In this document: positions 1-15,315 of the stretch, in pieces
How the letters are laid out: every line of letters begins with the position of its first letter
Position numbering within the stretch: the first letter of the stretch is position 1
Assembly: GCF_009914755.1 (NCBI RefSeq)
Contig: NC_060936.1
Direction: 5' to 3' (one strand)
Source of the DNA: the human T2T-CHM13v2.0 reference genome, Homo sapiens
DNA: 64,000 nucleotides
Position numbers and translations under genes: made by a program
The notes under the pieces: model-generated
The model's input: the letters and a program-made list of their open reading frames with translations, nothing else
What the model was told of the DNA's origin: nothing
The model's database searches: none

Positions 1-59
1 GCTCTTATTGGTGTTCAATAAATATTGGCCGAATAAATGAATAGATAACTTGCAAATAT

Positions 60-245
60 GGTTTGAATATTGGTCCTTGTGCTTAATAGATGTGCTCCTT
101 TGATTAACTGCTTAATCTCTGAAGCCTTCATTCCGATATCCTTGAAAGGAGAATAATCTACCCCTCAGATACATATAAGGTTTAAATTACCAATCTAAGT
201 ACTAGCAGGGTGCCTGGTACATAGGAGACATTACATAAAAACTGA
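60..245 (+). mobile_element. MIR SINE fragment (old)
   Basis: Degenerate MIR core and 3' end (GGTTTGAAT...CTTAATCTCTG...GTGCCTGGTACATAGG); boundaries approximate. Confidence 0.5.
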
Positions 246-1169
246 TTTGTTTGTTTTTTTCTCCCTCAATTCATTACTTTAACTACTGTAAATATTTAAA
301 GCAATATTATTATACTTTAAAAATATAACGACCACCCTTTTTTATGGTATTTTGCTGAGAGCAGTGAACAATTCTCCCAATTCTGTCTCAGTTAAATGAA
401 CTTATGTGAGAAATTTTAATATATTTATTTATTTACTTATTTAAGGAAAGACCAAATATAGTATTTCCAGATACATATTCTTTTCTGCTTAATTCTTTAG
501 CATTTTCTTTTAATCCTTTGAATTAGCTCTAAAATCCCTCTTCGGGGTAAATCATTACTACACCTAATTTAAGATACCCCATGGCCTCCTCTAGCCAGTA
601 GTGTAAGCACAGGCTTCTAGAGTTCTCATTAGCTTCTCAAATGAATCTAAAATTATCTATATATACGTATCTCTATGTGACCTACAAAGTTATCATTGTC
701 AGTGGCAACCATAACAGAATGTAGGATTACTGACCATTATTTTTTCTGTATGGCAACTACCACCATGTAAATGTGTACTTATAATGAAATACCATACATG
801 AAAACCTCTTAAACAATGATAAATTCACAGCTGTGTTTCCTCTTGTACATAATTAGGGCCTCAAAAAATAATCTATTTTCAACATGAACAGGATTCTCTT
901 TGCAAGAAAAAACAGATGGAGCCAAGAAGGTAAATAAGAATAGTGTGATTCGGCAATGATCATCTCAACACACATTATAAAGAACTTATGAAAATATTTC
1001 CCAGTTTGAGATGGAAACTAAAACAGCCATGTGTAGCACATTAAAATGTTAAACCTCCACATTTTCCACCAAAAATTTGTTTTGCACCATATTGTAAAAT
1101 TTTTAAAAATGCTCTTTGAGCCATTAGTAAATGTACCATAAGAATAGCTATCCTAAATACAAGTATGAC

Positions 1170-1680
1170 CCTTGTGACAATTATGGTTTTGACTGCCCAG
1201 TAACTGTACTGGGTACAATTGCCTCTGCAACTTAGGTTATAACAAGAGCCTCCTCCCCTCACTGAAGAGGTGAATGTGTGCCTGGGTTATGCACTGCATC
1301 TTTATCTTTTCCTGCAATGACTTTCTTCAGGTTTGGTTGCTAAACAAGTTGGACAAATCAGGTCATCCATGCCCTTTTCCTAAGGTAGAGCAAGGTAGAG
1401 CCAGGTAGAGCCCTTTTTCTTCTTCAGACATAAATGTGACACCAGAGCTTCTGGCTGTCATGTTCCCATCTTATAAAATCGCATAAATGAAAGACAAAAA
1501 TGTAGAGAATCTTGGAAGTCAGTTTCTATGATCAAGTCATGAGTTTCCTTGGTTGCTATGTTCTGGAAGTTTTCCCTTCAACTGTATGAGCTGTTCCAGC
1601 ATCATTCAGTATCATTCCAATAAATTCTCCATTTTTGCTGAAACTAGTTTGAGTTGGATTTTATAACAGCGCTTACTAAA
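1170..1680 (+). mobile_element. Old MLT1-family (MaLR) LTR remnant
   Basis: 3' end CAATAAATTCTCCATTTTTGCTGAAACTAGTTTGAGTTGGATTTT resembles MLT1 termini; includes a 3x (A/C)AGGTAGAGC tandem at 1382-1411. Boundaries approximate. Confidence 0.4.
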
Positions 1681-3064
1681 AAGTGTACACACAGAACTTC
1701 TACAGCTGTGCAAATCCCAAAGGCTCTAAAACTGGTTCATAGTACCACTTACCCTCGAATTAATGAGTCATTTTGTATTTATTGGCTTGAAAATGAAAGC
1801 ATGGTTGCTTTCTGTATTAGTGCACAGAAGAAAAATAGATCATCCTTTGTTTTGCCAGTCAAATGAAGAAAATTGGTTTGAAATGTTTTTCCCATAGAGC
1901 AGATTAGTTGAAATTTATCATGCATTACAGGAAACGGAACTAGAAATAACTCAAATTGATGTCATCTTCATGTATTTTTCATTGCTGTTTGCATTTCTCT
2001 GGGTGTGTTAAGAAAAGAGAATAGTTTACTCTTTCAAACTACAACAAAATGCTTATATATTTTTGTTTTAATATGTAATCCCCTGCTTTCTTCTGAAGTG
2101 AGTTGATCCTGGCTAGGAAGCGTTGCTTGCTGAACTGGATGATAAGTGGGAGAATACAAAAGAAGAGTAGCTAAAGAAAGCTAACACAAGAGCATATCTG
2201 TAATCAAGAAATGGCTATAAGCAGGAAAGGAGGAGGCTGGGAAGCAGTAGGAAAGATGTGGTTGAAGTGGATTTTGGCTAAAGAAGAATTCCTGGAGGAG
2301 GTTGGAAATGTTTAATGGGAATTTTGAGCAAGTATTGTTAAGGTACCACATTGCACCTTTTTTCTTCAGTCTACCCACAACATCCTCTAGTAAAATCCAT
2401 ACTTCGTGCTAACTAATGCTTTCTGGAATTGGATTTGCTTTGCAGGCTGTGACAGAGTATTATTCCTTGATTTAATGTTACCAAGATCATAAAAGCAAAA
2501 CCAAAAACAATTCAGAGGTTTTCTATGTGGACCTCATGACATTTGTTTTCAATTATAAATAACAATTGTTTTTCATAATGCATTATTGATTGCAATGGGT
2601 CTTATAAGAAATTTGGCACGTCCATCTTAAACCCCAAATTTTGGAACTGTTTGCATTGTGTTGTTTATTTTTGAAAAGGAGAAACGAAGTGACAATCCTC
2701 AGGTACTTTGAAGTTGAAACAAAACATAATGAAGGTACCATCTACAATCCTTAAGTGAGAAATAATCTATGGAGGATTTTACCTTAGAGACTCTGTCAAA
2801 TGCTGCACTTCTTATAGATACCAGTTTAAATGGTCTTCGAAGTAAAATGTGTTTAATTACACACTGTTGGTAGAAATAGTTCATGCAATTTGTAAGCAAA
2901 CAGGATCAGCATTATAAAGATTTTTTATTTTTTCTTCTATCTCCTATGGAACTCAGAATACATTCCCACATGTACTCTTTCCTTGGCATGAGTTCTAAAC
3001 CATCTCCAGCACAAAGTGGTCTGTAAAGTTTCAAGGAACAATTATATAGCCATACCCTATAGGT

Positions 3065-3591
3065 CAGGGTTCCCAGTGTCCAGGCGATGGACCGGTACTG
3101 GTCCGTGGCCTGTTAGGAATTGAACCGCATAGCAAGAGGTGAGCGGCGAGTGAATGAGTGAAGCTTCATCTGTATTTACAGATGTTCCCCATCGCTCACA
3201 TTACCACCTGAGCTCCACCTCAGATCAGCGGCGGCATTAGATTCTCACAGGAGCACAAACCCTATTGTGAACTGCACACACGAGGGATCTAAGTTTTGTG
3301 CTCCTGTTGAGAATCTAATGCCTGATGATCTGTCACTGTTTCCCATCAGCCCCAGATGGGACTGTCAAGTTGCAGGAAAGTAAGCTCAGGTCTCCCACTG
3401 ATTCTACATTATGGTGAGTTGTGTAATTATTTCATTATATATTATAATGTAATAATAATATAAATAAAGTGCATGATAAATGTAATGTGTTTGAATCATC
3501 CTGAAACCATCCCCCTGCCCCAACTCCAGTCCATGGAAAAATTGTCTTCCACGAAACTGGTCCCTGGTGCCAAAAAGGTTGGGGACCACTG
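3065..3591 (+). mobile_element. MER1A hAT-Charlie non-autonomous DNA transposon
   Basis: CAGGG...GGGGACCACTG termini, 527 bp, internal MER1A-specific segments, 8-bp TSD CTATAGGT (3057-3064) / CTATAGAT (3592-3599). Confidence 0.92.
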
Positions 3592-4818
3592 CTATAGATG
3601 ATGAATGGTTTAACTGTTGTGACACTTGAAAATTTCACTCAGAATTAGGATCCAAGTCTAAGAATTTATGATAAGATTCTTGGTCTTTGCTACAAATCCT
3701 TCTCTTCCCTATTTTTATCTCTCTTCTTTATCTCTTTTTTTATAAACTGGAGAAAATAAAGAATGAAACCAAGGCTCCCAGAGGATAGAATAACTTGATT
3801 ACCATTGTAAATTCATATATTAGGAATACTTTTAATATTACTTGAGTAAATAAATGTGTTAGTGATTCACTAATGGTGACCCCAAGTGTTAACCTCCATG
3901 CTACTCAAAAAGGATCCATACAGATGAAAAGAAAGAGGCTCCTAATTTACATCATAGAATGAGTTCTGGTCAAAAAGCTCTACATAGGGTTAATTTCTCT
4001 TTGGAAAATCACTTTAGATCACTTTCTTTGAGAAGTTTAAAGTATCAGCATTTGATTTTCTCTTTTCTCACTTATTTAACACCATGAGAATATGCCGTAA
4101 CTTGTTCTATGAAAGTACTAGATTCTAAGTTACAGTAAATATTTTGAATGTTGTGCTTTCTGTGCATCATAGTTATACGATATGTATATCCTTGGCCCAA
4201 ATAATTCAATACTGGAAGCAATCTAGATTTTAATACATTTTATTAGAATTGTGGAATTGTGGAAACAGCTGGAAGCTCTCAAAATTCAATAGACAATAAT
4301 ATTTCTACAAGTGCTTCCTACTGCTTATAGGCTTGGCTTTAACTAGCTACTTTGTTGTAAGTATCATGCTGTTGTCATAGCAACTTTGGAGAAGGTCATG
4401 ATATATGGGAAACTGAGTTGGTGATGACATAAAGACATAGTCTAATAATGACTGCAGTAATTCCTCCTGGGAAAACAATGTCAAAGATCAAGGAGTTGTG
4501 ATAATTCTTCAGAAATTCCATAGAGAAGGCTTACTTGGGGCTTAATATTTTCAAGCTAAAACTGAATATATCTGAACACAGATTCCTTTCCTTCACTCCA
4601 TTACCTACAACTTTGTCTTAAAGAATGATACTTCCGAGGCTGGTGTATGAATAACATAAACTGAATTCCTGTACTTTCAAAAATAATATTCTTAGTTTTC
4701 TTCTAAATGTGGAGCCAATACATATCTTTACTTTTCTTCTTTATAGTCCCTGATCTAGAAAAAACCCACAGTTTTCATTTGTAACAAAAATCTCCACTGA
4801 AACAATCATCTTACACGT

Positions 4819-4855
4819 AGCACAGAGCACAGAGCACAGAGCACTGAGCACAGAG
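4819..4855. repeat. Heptamer tandem repeat (AGCACAG) x~5
   Basis: Directly visible: agcacag agcacag agcacag agcactg agcacag ag. Confidence 0.9.
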
Positions 4856-5249
4856 TTCTTTTCAAGGAATCTTGATGACTTAAGAAATTGACTATCCTTT
4901 AATTTTTTTTCTGATTTCTTAATGTGGGGACATGAATGTGAATATCACTCTAAGCTTGAAAACTAAAACATGACAATTTCATTTGGAAATTATATCTAAA
5001 GTTTCTGTTGTGATTCTTAACAAGGATAAAATCTCCCAACTGAGATATATTCCTTTAAAGTTAAACCAACATCTATTTGTCTCTAACTGAATATTTCTAG
5101 TGATCCATACTGATAAAAAAAATGATTACTTTGGGAGAGTAATTAAAATAGTTGGAAATTACCCAAATGCTTCAATATTTATATACATTATAACAGGCCA
5201 AGGAACAACTTTTCATCTTTGTTACCAAAATCCAACAAAGGCTACTCTG

Positions 5250-5440
5250 AGAGAAGCAGTTTTGCCTATAAGAAAGAACATGTCAGACGTGGGTTTAATC
5301 AGAGCTTGCCACTTAGTAAACACTTGTCCTTGTGTAAGTTATATATACCTTCTGAGTCTGTTTCCTCAAGTATGAAATATAAATGAATCCTATGTTGCAG
5401 GACTATGGAAAGAGAGAAAATATATGTAAGATATCTTGAG
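5250..5440 (+). mobile_element. MIR SINE fragment
   Basis: Degenerate MIR core (TCAGACGTGGGTTTAATC...CTTCTGAGTCTGTTTCCTCAAGTATGAAAT). Confidence 0.55.
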
Positions 5441-5886
5441 CAAAATAATGAAGGCTAGCAAACAGAAGAAGCATAGTTCATGATCACTATTGAAAAGTTT
5501 CATTAACTACTTATTGATGTTCCATTTGGTAATTATCTAACTGAGAGAAATAACTAATGGATTTTCTAATGAAGGAAAAGTAAATGAATATGTCTCACCC
5601 CCAGGCAACATTAGTGGCAAAGGCTGCCAAAGATATTTCTCCAAAATCCACAGAGAAGGAATCACACATTACCAATGTTTAGTACTATGTTTCCTTTTTT
5701 TAAAAAAGTATCTTATTCCAAAACTCAAATGAGGATATATTGTCAATTAAAAAAATTAAAACCCAATTCTTACAAAAGAAAAAAGTGAGCTATCTTTAAC
5801 AGAAAGCTATGTAAAGGAAGCCAGGAATCCAATCGAAGAAAACAGTCCTAAATCCCAAGAAGACAGCTGTGTAGCAGGCATAGCTG

Positions 5887-6704
5887 TGATACAGACAGGA
5901 ACCAGGGAAATACTGGGTAGAAGAGGGCAGTTTCCTGGCAAAGGCCCCACCCTCAAGACTACATACCTGTGCCCCTAAATGGGAAGAGGCATTCCTGTTT
6001 TCACACCCAAAAAGTTGCCTTTTGGCCTGCCACACCCCTCTTATACTGTACCCATATAAACCCCATACCCAGGCTCCAGGAGATGAGAAGACAAGCAGAC
6101 AAGGAGACAAGCAGATGAACGGCAGAACAACCCTGCAGAGAAAGAGAGAAGAGGAGGAGCGTCTGAACGAGCAGAGTTTGGCTGAGGGTGGTGGGAGAGG
6201 AGTTTGGCCACTGGACAGCCAACTCCAGGGAAAGATCATCTTTCCACTCCATCCCCCTACCAGCTCCCCATCCATCCCACAGAGAGCCACCTCCATCACT
6301 CAATAAAATCCCCACATTTATCTTTCAAGGTTGTGTGTGACTCAATTCTTCTGGGATGCTGGACAAGAGCTTGGAATACAGAAAGCTGTCACACTGGCCC
6401 TCTGCCCTGGCAAAAAGGCAGAGGGTCCACTGAGCTGGTTAACACTTAAGCCGTCCGCAGATGGCAAAGCTAAAAGAGCATACTGTAACACATGCCATAC
6501 CTACTTGGGTTTTGGGAGTTGCAGGCACCTACCCCTAGACCCTATCATGGCGCCAGAGCCCCAGAACGCTTGCCCCAGCTCCTGCACCTGCCTGTTTGCA
6601 TGCTTCCCTTCTAGTAAGGGTTTTGAGTGCTTGGTGGCCAAACACATAAACCATGCCCCAGTTGCATGTCCTGCAAGTGGGGGTCAGGGAACTCTCCTGT
6701 CTCA
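5887..6704 (+). mobile_element. Solo ERV1 LTR, LTR1 family (HUERS-P2/MER52-related)
   Basis: TGATAC...GTCTCA termini, TATA-like ATATAAA near 6054, AATAAA at 6302, 4-bp TSD GCTG/GCAG. Exact subfamily uncertain. Confidence 0.8.
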
Positions 6705-7335
6705 GCAGCACCACTGATTCAGATTGGTTTGGGATGTTAAATAACTCAGGGAAGTTATTCTCCAATAAAAAATATAAAGTGCAATAAAAAATATAATTTA
6801 CAGCGTAGAAATATTTGATGACATATACAATTTGAGCAAACAGAAATTCCTCCATCAGGAGCAGACTAAGCCTTTGCAATAAAGTTGTAGTTCACACACA
6901 AGGCAAACAAAAATATGACTCAAGCTTGGGTATAGGAAAGGAGAATCTACTTGACCTTACTTAGGAACTAAGCCAGTAGCAAAGGTAGTATAGACAAGGG
7001 AATATAGTACTACTTAAGCTGGTGGATAATATTTACATAGTCATAATACTGTAATGAAAATGGTGTTTACAAGTTGTCAGCTTTTCAAGTCAACCAATGG
7101 ATAAAAGATGAAAGTTTCTATTATGGGATCAGAACATAATGTAAATGTCAATAATTTTTCAAACAAAATACCAAAATTATAGCTGTAAGAAAGAAGCAGT
7201 TGGAAGGAAACAGAGGAGGGAGTGAAAAAAAACAAGGACAAGTGTACTATATTTATATCCTCTCATAGAACAGAGAATCAAGTATAGACTGCAGTAAACA
7301 GAGCAGGAAGTAGAAGTGCGTTACTTAACAAAGCA

Positions 7336-7434
7336 GCCAGGTGACTTTGGGAAACAGAGGTAGGAGAATCCCTTGAGACTGGGAGTTTGAGAACAGCCTG
7401 GGCAACATAGCAAGATCTTGTCTCTACAAAAATT
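7336..7434 (+). mobile_element. Alu monomer (FLAM/AluJ left arm) with internal deletion
   Basis: CTTTGGGAAAC...GGGAGTTTGAGAACAGCCTGGGCAACATAGCAAGATCTTGTCTCTACAAAAA. Confidence 0.75.
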
Positions 7435-7643
7435 TACCTCCATGTGGTCTAACAGTGACACAAATTTAAAAAAGTATTTATAATTATGGATGTTATTACT
7501 AGAAACTTACAATAAATGCCATTTTAAAATGTTGGCTGTGGGGATGGAAATGGAGATAGAGGAAGAGTGGTCAGGAAACTATAATTTCTTCCCAAAAGGA
7601 CTCTGAACTATTCAATTTTCACAATGTATATACCTTTTATATA

Positions 7644-7989
<346 letters not shown>

Positions 7990-8223
7990 TAAAAAAATTT
8001 CTGATGTACACATAGATTTTTAAGGTATATTTTTTATCAGAGATCAACTCCATATTGATTAGTTTCAAATGGCTTCTCATGAGGTAGAACTTAATTTGAT
8101 CTTAAGTGCTTGAGCTCCCAAAACACTCGCAGAGATTAGAGGCATGAGCCACCGTGCCGGGCAAGAGGGCATAATAATAGTCATCATCACAGTCCATTTT
8201 TTTTTCATTAGAGCTCTTTAAAG

Positions 8224-8600
8224 CAGTGGTTCCCAACAATTTTGTCCCCGGGACCAGTTTTGTGGAAGACAATTTTTCCATGGATGGGGAGGGGTGGGGG
8301 ATTGTTTTGGGATAAAACTGTTCCACTTCAGATCATCAGGCATTAGTTAGATTCTCACAACCTAGATCCCTCACATGCGCAGTTCACAATAGGGTTCGCA
8401 CTCCTTCCTATGAGAATCTAATGCTGCCATTGATCTGACAGGAAGTGGAGCTCAGGCAGTAATGTGAGTGATGGAGAGTGGCTGTAAATACAGATGAAGC
8501 TTCATTTGCTTGTTCGCTGCTCACCTCCTGCTGTGCCACCCGGTTCCTAACAGGCCATAGACTGGTACTGCTCTGCAGCCCGGGGTTTGGAGGACCCCTG
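8224..8600 (-). mobile_element. MER1 DNA transposon (MER1B-type body carrying a MER1A-type 5' segment)
   Basis: Reverse match to the two other MER1 copies; termini CAGTGG...CCCCTG; partial TSD CTTTAAAG/CTTTAGTA. Confidence 0.88.
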
Positions 8601-9385
8601 CTTTAGTAGAAATCAGTTCCTTCATAGGGTGAGATTTTGGCCAATCTACTACCAATAAAACTTTAAAAAGTGACAGTGTCAGAAAATTCAAGTACTACAT
8701 CAAAGAAACAAAACTGAGATGGATGCTTAAGTATACACAAATTCTAGTCTATGACTGTGAGGTCCAAAGTATTTCTATGACAGGTAAAGAAGGAAAGAGA
8801 GAAAGTAAATCCACAGGTAGGAATAAAAGTGGATCTTAAATTTGTATTTAACCCATAATGCTACCATCAAATATTAAATGGGAAATTCATGTCCATATGT
8901 GTCACATGATGCATACAATCTAACACTGTAAGTACAATACTAAGGTTTGGAAAATCTGGAAATTTCCCTTTAAATGTATTTCTTTTTTTAAATTTTAGCA
9001 AAAAGATTTTTGTTTCCTGCACTGGTGTATCAAGTAGTCTTTTTTTTTTTTTCTTATTCAGAGTCTGCTGTAGATATACGCAAGTACAAACCTTTCAGTG
9101 CAAATTTCCCAAAGAGCTTCTGTGTCCTTAACATGACCAAACATTTTTCATTTATAAGTGAGCATTAACTTGTTGGAAAGGCACCTGGCTGGAAATCAGA
9201 TGGATTATTTAATCCTGTCAATCACTAGCTGTGTGGATTTGTGTTCATCACTTAACCCTTCTAAGCTGAAGTTCCAACTTTTGAAATAAGTTCAATATCT
9301 GTCCTTTCTACCTCCTGAAATTCTTTTCAGGAACAAATGATATGATATTTGCTGATAATTTGGTGATAATTAAATGCTTATGTAG

Positions 9386-9390
<5 letters not shown>

Positions 9391-9416
<26 letters not shown>
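9391..9416. repeat. (CA)13 microsatellite
   Basis: Directly visible. Confidence 0.95.
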
Positions 9417-10149
9417 TTTTCCATTAAATGAGGAACAGACCATTTAAGAGAGAAATATAAAAGTATGAATAAATAATTATCTAAAGGACTAGTGTTGATT
9501 AAAACAGGCATTTAAGGAATCCACTACAGAAAGTTCAGAACTTGTAGACTTTAGTCATTAGAATATTAAAAAGCACTTTTTGTCATTCAGAGATAACCAA
9601 AAACCAGTGTGTATTTCTATGCCATTCCTATGCTCTCCCACCAAGTGTAACAGGAACTGTCCTGTGAAAATAGTCAGAGAGTTAGTAATAGACTCGCTTC
9701 AATTTCCTCTGATCAATGGTAGTCAAAATCTGACAATGGAAATTGTTTCTTGTATAATATTGGACTCTGTGCTAGGAAATGTAAATCTTAATAAGTCTTA
9801 AAAACAGAATCCAGTATCTAGTAGTCTAGGCAAGTGCAGTGAACCGTGAACTTAGAATGTAGTCATTGTAACTTCATTTCTTTCCTTGAGTGCTCACTCT
9901 AAAAGTTTACACAGGCAAATATAACTTAACATTTTTTATTAAGTGTTTTTACTGACTTCTGAAACATAACCTTTAATTCTGATGACTCCTCCTAAAATAT
10001 ATCCTTTTTTCATGTATTTTGGTTTTAATGTGTATGTTTTACATTTTTAAAAAATATATGATTCCTATTATGCAGTCAATGATTGTTTAGAATTACTCAC
10101 ATTTTCTTTGATTATCATCCCTTCTTGTTACTGACAGCTTCCATATGGG

Positions 10150-10431
10150 ATATTTTCCTTCTGCCCAAAATAAACCTGAATTAAAGGAGAAACTTCTTTG
10201 TGTGTGAAGATCTTATTGTGGCAAGCCCTCTTTGGTTTTTGTTTTTAAAATATTACCTTACTTTTGAAGTATATGTTATTGGGAATAGAAATCTAGATGA
10301 CAGTTATTTTTCTCTTAAGTCATTATAATGATTACTTCACAGTATTCTGTTTCCCATTGTTGTCAATGCAAAGCAGTTTTAAGTCTAATAGTAGATACAG
10401 TCCTTTGAAGGTAATCTATAGATAGATAGAT

Positions 10432-10465
<34 letters not shown>

Positions 10466-11600
10466 CTATCTATGTATATTCCTTTCTGGTTGCTTTTAAA
10501 CTTTTCTCTTACTTTTTGTGATTTTCCAGATTAACTGAAAAGTGTCTAAGTATAGATTTTGTAGATTTTTCTTACATTTATCCTGCTTGGGGTAACTAAA
10601 ATTTCTTAATCTATGGTTTGGTGTCTTTCATAAATTCTGAAAAATTCTCATTCACTATCTTTTCAATGTGTCTTCCCTATGATTCCTCTCCTCCCTTTCT
10701 GAAGCACCATTAATAATGTACGTTAGACCATTCCACTCTCTCCTCCTTATTGCCAACCTCTCTTTCACATTTCCATTCCACTGTCTCTGGGGTGTAGTCT
10801 GGATACTTCCTACAGATCTACACTACTCTAATTCTGTCTTCAAATGGGTTTCCTATGCTACTAAGTGCATCCTCTTTTCTAGAAGTTTTCTTTTTTTTTT
10901 TTTGAATTTTCTTAGATTTTTTATTCCCTTCTTTTATGCTTTCAAATATATTAAATATAATTCCAATATCTACAGTTTGGGTCAATTATTCTTTAGTCTT
11001 TTTTCTGCTTTTTTGTAACTCACAGGGTTTTATTTCCTTGAATAATCTGTGATTTTTTTTTTCTGTTACTTTATGTTTCTTGGATCTCTTTACCTCTAAG
11101 AATTTGTTGAGACCTGGTTTAAAGTTGGTTTCTTCAGAGAAGGCATGTATTTCCTTCTGCCAACTGCAGGCTCTACCAATCACAAATTCTAGTTTTAAAA
11201 GATATTAACTTTGGGCTGTTTTTTTAATCACCCAAGTAGTATGAATTGTGAGCTGCAAATCCAATGGAGAACTTGCAATTCTGCGTCCTCAGAGATATAC
11301 ATTTTCCCACTTTATTCAGTGCCAAGTTTGAAGATAGGTAATTTTGCTGTAAGTTTCCTGGAGTTTGACATTAAGAGGCCTTTTCTTGTTCACTTTTATA
11401 CTGAGTGTGTAGCCACTTGAAGTCCTATATTTATACAAAAGAGTTTTGAACACTGATATTTCACACTAGGTAGGCTTACATCTTTGCTTCATTTCTTTTA
11501 TGCCCAGCACGTCAGGAAAAATTAAACTCAAGTTCACACAGCTTTAGAAAACACTTCAAGGTGAAAACCAGCTTTCTGACTCTACATACTTTTCTAGGTT
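10150..11600 (-). mobile_element. Old L1M/HAL1-like ORF1-region remnant
   Basis: T-rich strand with L1 ORF1-type reverse motifs (GGGAATAGAAATCTAGATGACAGTTATTTTTCTC; AATTCTGAAAAATTCTCATTCACTATCTTTTCAA). Boundaries approximate. Confidence 0.55.
10418..10463. repeat. (GATA)n tetranucleotide microsatellite
   Basis: About 11 GATA units with one GAT interruption. Confidence 0.95.
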
Positions 11601-12267
11601 TTCACCTTCAGTACACATAATACATGGAACACAAATATATTAAACAGATAAGAGTAGCCTTTAACCAGCACAGTATACATCATTTTATAAATTCCCATTT
11701 ATATCATATTTCCTGATTTTTAAATTCAGTAAATGAGAATGCATGTTAATACTTTAGCATCTTCTAACATGTTAATATTTGCTACATACTTGTGCATCAC
11801 ACATTCCTTTATATTATTGTTTTAACCACAGCTTTAAGTCTAAAAACTAAATTTTATTACAGCATTTGCAGAAATCCTTAAGCATCATTGTAAAATATAT
11901 TTTGAAAATTATTGATATAATCAGTCAAGTTGTTATTCTGGATACTAGATAATCTGACTGTCCTTTCCAAACAATTACCTCTAAATTTCATTGTTGCTAC
12001 TGGTGAAATAGTAACATTAATTGCAAGTAACATACTTTGTTCATATTCTGGCTTTGTGAGTTGGGCAATTAACCAGCATGTTCAATTAAAATCATTCTGT
12101 TTCACAGATAATGTTGCTTTCTTTTTTTGTGCCAGAATCAATTCTCAGTAAATTTGACAGAAATGTGTCCACGGTTTATTTCTTCCTAAAAGAAGTGCTG
12201 AAGTGAATAAGCTAGTTGTAAAGGATATGCTGGATAGTAGAGATATTTAGATGAGTGCTATTTAGAA

Positions 12268-12636
12268 CAGGGGTCCCCAGTTCCTGGGCTGTGGACTGGT
12301 ACCAGTCCATGGCCTGTTAGGAACTGGGCCACACAGCAGGAGGTGAGCACCGGCAAGTGAGCATTACCACCTGAGCTCCGCCTCCTTTCAGCCCCCAGCG
12401 GCAGCAGAGGAGCATGAACCCTATTGTGAACCCTATTGTGAACTGCTCATGCAAGAGGTGGATCTAGCTTGTGTGATCCTTATGAGACTCTAATGCCTGA
12501 TGATCTGAGGTGGAACACTTCCATTCTCAAACCATCCTCCATCCCCCTCAACACCCCCCACCTACCACCCCCCATCCGTGAAAAAATTGTCTTCCACAAA
12601 ACTGCTCCTTAGTGCCAAAAGGATTGGAGACCACTG
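12268..12636 (+). mobile_element. MER1B DNA transposon
   Basis: CAGGGGTCCCC...GAGACCACTG termini; degenerate TSD ATTTAGAA/GTCTAGAA; internal 12-bp duplication TGAACCCTATTG. Confidence 0.88.
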
Positions 12637-13342
12637 GTCTAGAAGACCAAGTGATCTTGACCACCTCGGTGACTTGTTATTGGACTAGACAAAAAGGTGG
12701 AATTAAATTAGATCAATAAAGCTTTGGTAATAATGATCCCCTCACTAAAGAAAGAAACTGGCATTAAAAATGAGAACTCATTCCATAGGCCTTGGTTCCA
12801 TCCTCAAAGTGGTCTAGTGACATTTATTGGAGTCACCTGTAGAATCCCACGTAGGCCCTCACAAAAAAATGATATGGAGTGTAAGATAGTCCAAATTTTC
12901 CCAATTAGAAGAGCCAGTTAAAAAAAAGTAACATGTGCCACATGAATTAAATAAAATAAACAAATATATACTTACAACATTTATTAATTTAAACAGAATA
13001 TTTAACATTCTATTAGTTGGTGAGTATCACTTTTTCTACCTTGAAAATAATTTTATCCAAACATGCATCTATATCAATCCTCTTGTCATTACCAAATAAA
13101 CTTTGAGATACCCAACACATTTTCCCGGAATGTATATCTTCATTTCCATCTAAGCTGTTAGAGATAAAGTCATTTGGGAAGTGGTATACGATTTCATCCC
13201 TGGAAATTCTATCTTAAGCCACGTTTGTCTTTTACATAACTTTAAGACTTTGTTATGAAAATTAGTCTAATGGGCTATTATTTATAATTTCCACAATGTT
13301 ACTATGTGTAATGACATGGAATGTTTAGAATTATGATGCCTT

Positions 13343-13448
13343 CACCAGCATGGCACATGTATACATATGTAACTAACCTGCACAATGTGCACATGTACCC
13401 TAAAACTTAAAGTATAATAATAAAAAATAAATAAATAAATAAATAAAA
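13343..13448 (+). mobile_element. Extremely 5'-truncated young L1 (L1PA2/pre-Ta-like 3' end)
   Basis: Last ~75 nt of the L1 3'UTR (CACAATGTGCACATGTACCCTAAAACTTAAAGTATAATAA) plus (TAAA)n tail; perfect 16-bp TSD AGAATTATGATGCCTT at 13327-13342 and 13449-13464. Confidence 0.95.
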
Positions 13449-14224
13449 AGAATTATGATGCCTTACATCCAGGAATAATTGCTGACTGTATGCCAATATT
13501 TTTGCTTCTATTTCTGTAGATTTTATCTGGTAATCTCTGAGAGCAAGCATTGATTGAGGTTATTTTTAGGATACCATATTTTCCTCCCATAGTACTTTAC
13601 TTCTCAAAACATTTAAAACAGTGCCTATAATAAGAAACTTTATAAAGAATTAAATATAATACAAGCATTTTCTGAGTGTTGATGCCAAAAAACACTTATA
13701 TTTGGATATATATAAGTAATTTACTTTACAATAAAAATTATTATGAATATATGTTCCCTGAAAATATATAAATTTGTATTTTTACATCTGGTCAAAACAG
13801 TGTTAAATACCTAAACTGACTATTTTTTTTTCCCTCTACCAAACTGAATTCTAAATAGCCTTTGGAATTCAGTTCTAGTTCTGCGCTCCTTCATAAATAC
13901 TCCTTATTTCAGCCTATACTGATCTCTTTCTTCTGAAAATGTCTACACTATTTGTGATCTATGTTATGGTTTATAATTTAATAGTATTGTTCTATATCAT
14001 TCTCCAATTCTTTCATGTTAGTTAACTCCTCTACTTCATTGATTTGAGTACATATACTTCTATTTTATTCTATACCCCACTTATCAGATTGTTAACCGTA
14101 GCATAATTACTCAAGTGATCATTGGTTGTAAACTATATTTAGTAACTTTCACAAACAAATATCTTCTGATTGAGTTTTGTACTGATAGGCAGTGCTCGGA
14201 AGAAAAGAGAGTGGTGCCTTTAAA

Positions 14225-15315
<1,091 letters not shown>

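Larger units (their letters stand above)
5790..7620 (+). mobile_element. Old L1ME/HAL1-like LINE remnant, split by an LTR and an Alu monomer
   Basis: A-rich strand; motif ATCCCAAGAAGACAGCTGTGTAGCAGGC...[LTR]...TTCAGATTGG resembles the HAL1 post-ORF1 region. Boundaries approximate. Confidence 0.45.

Noticed and set aside
9040-9065. Polypyrimidine tract plus AG as a splice acceptor
   Set aside because: No convincing donor or coding frame follows; T-runs are common here.
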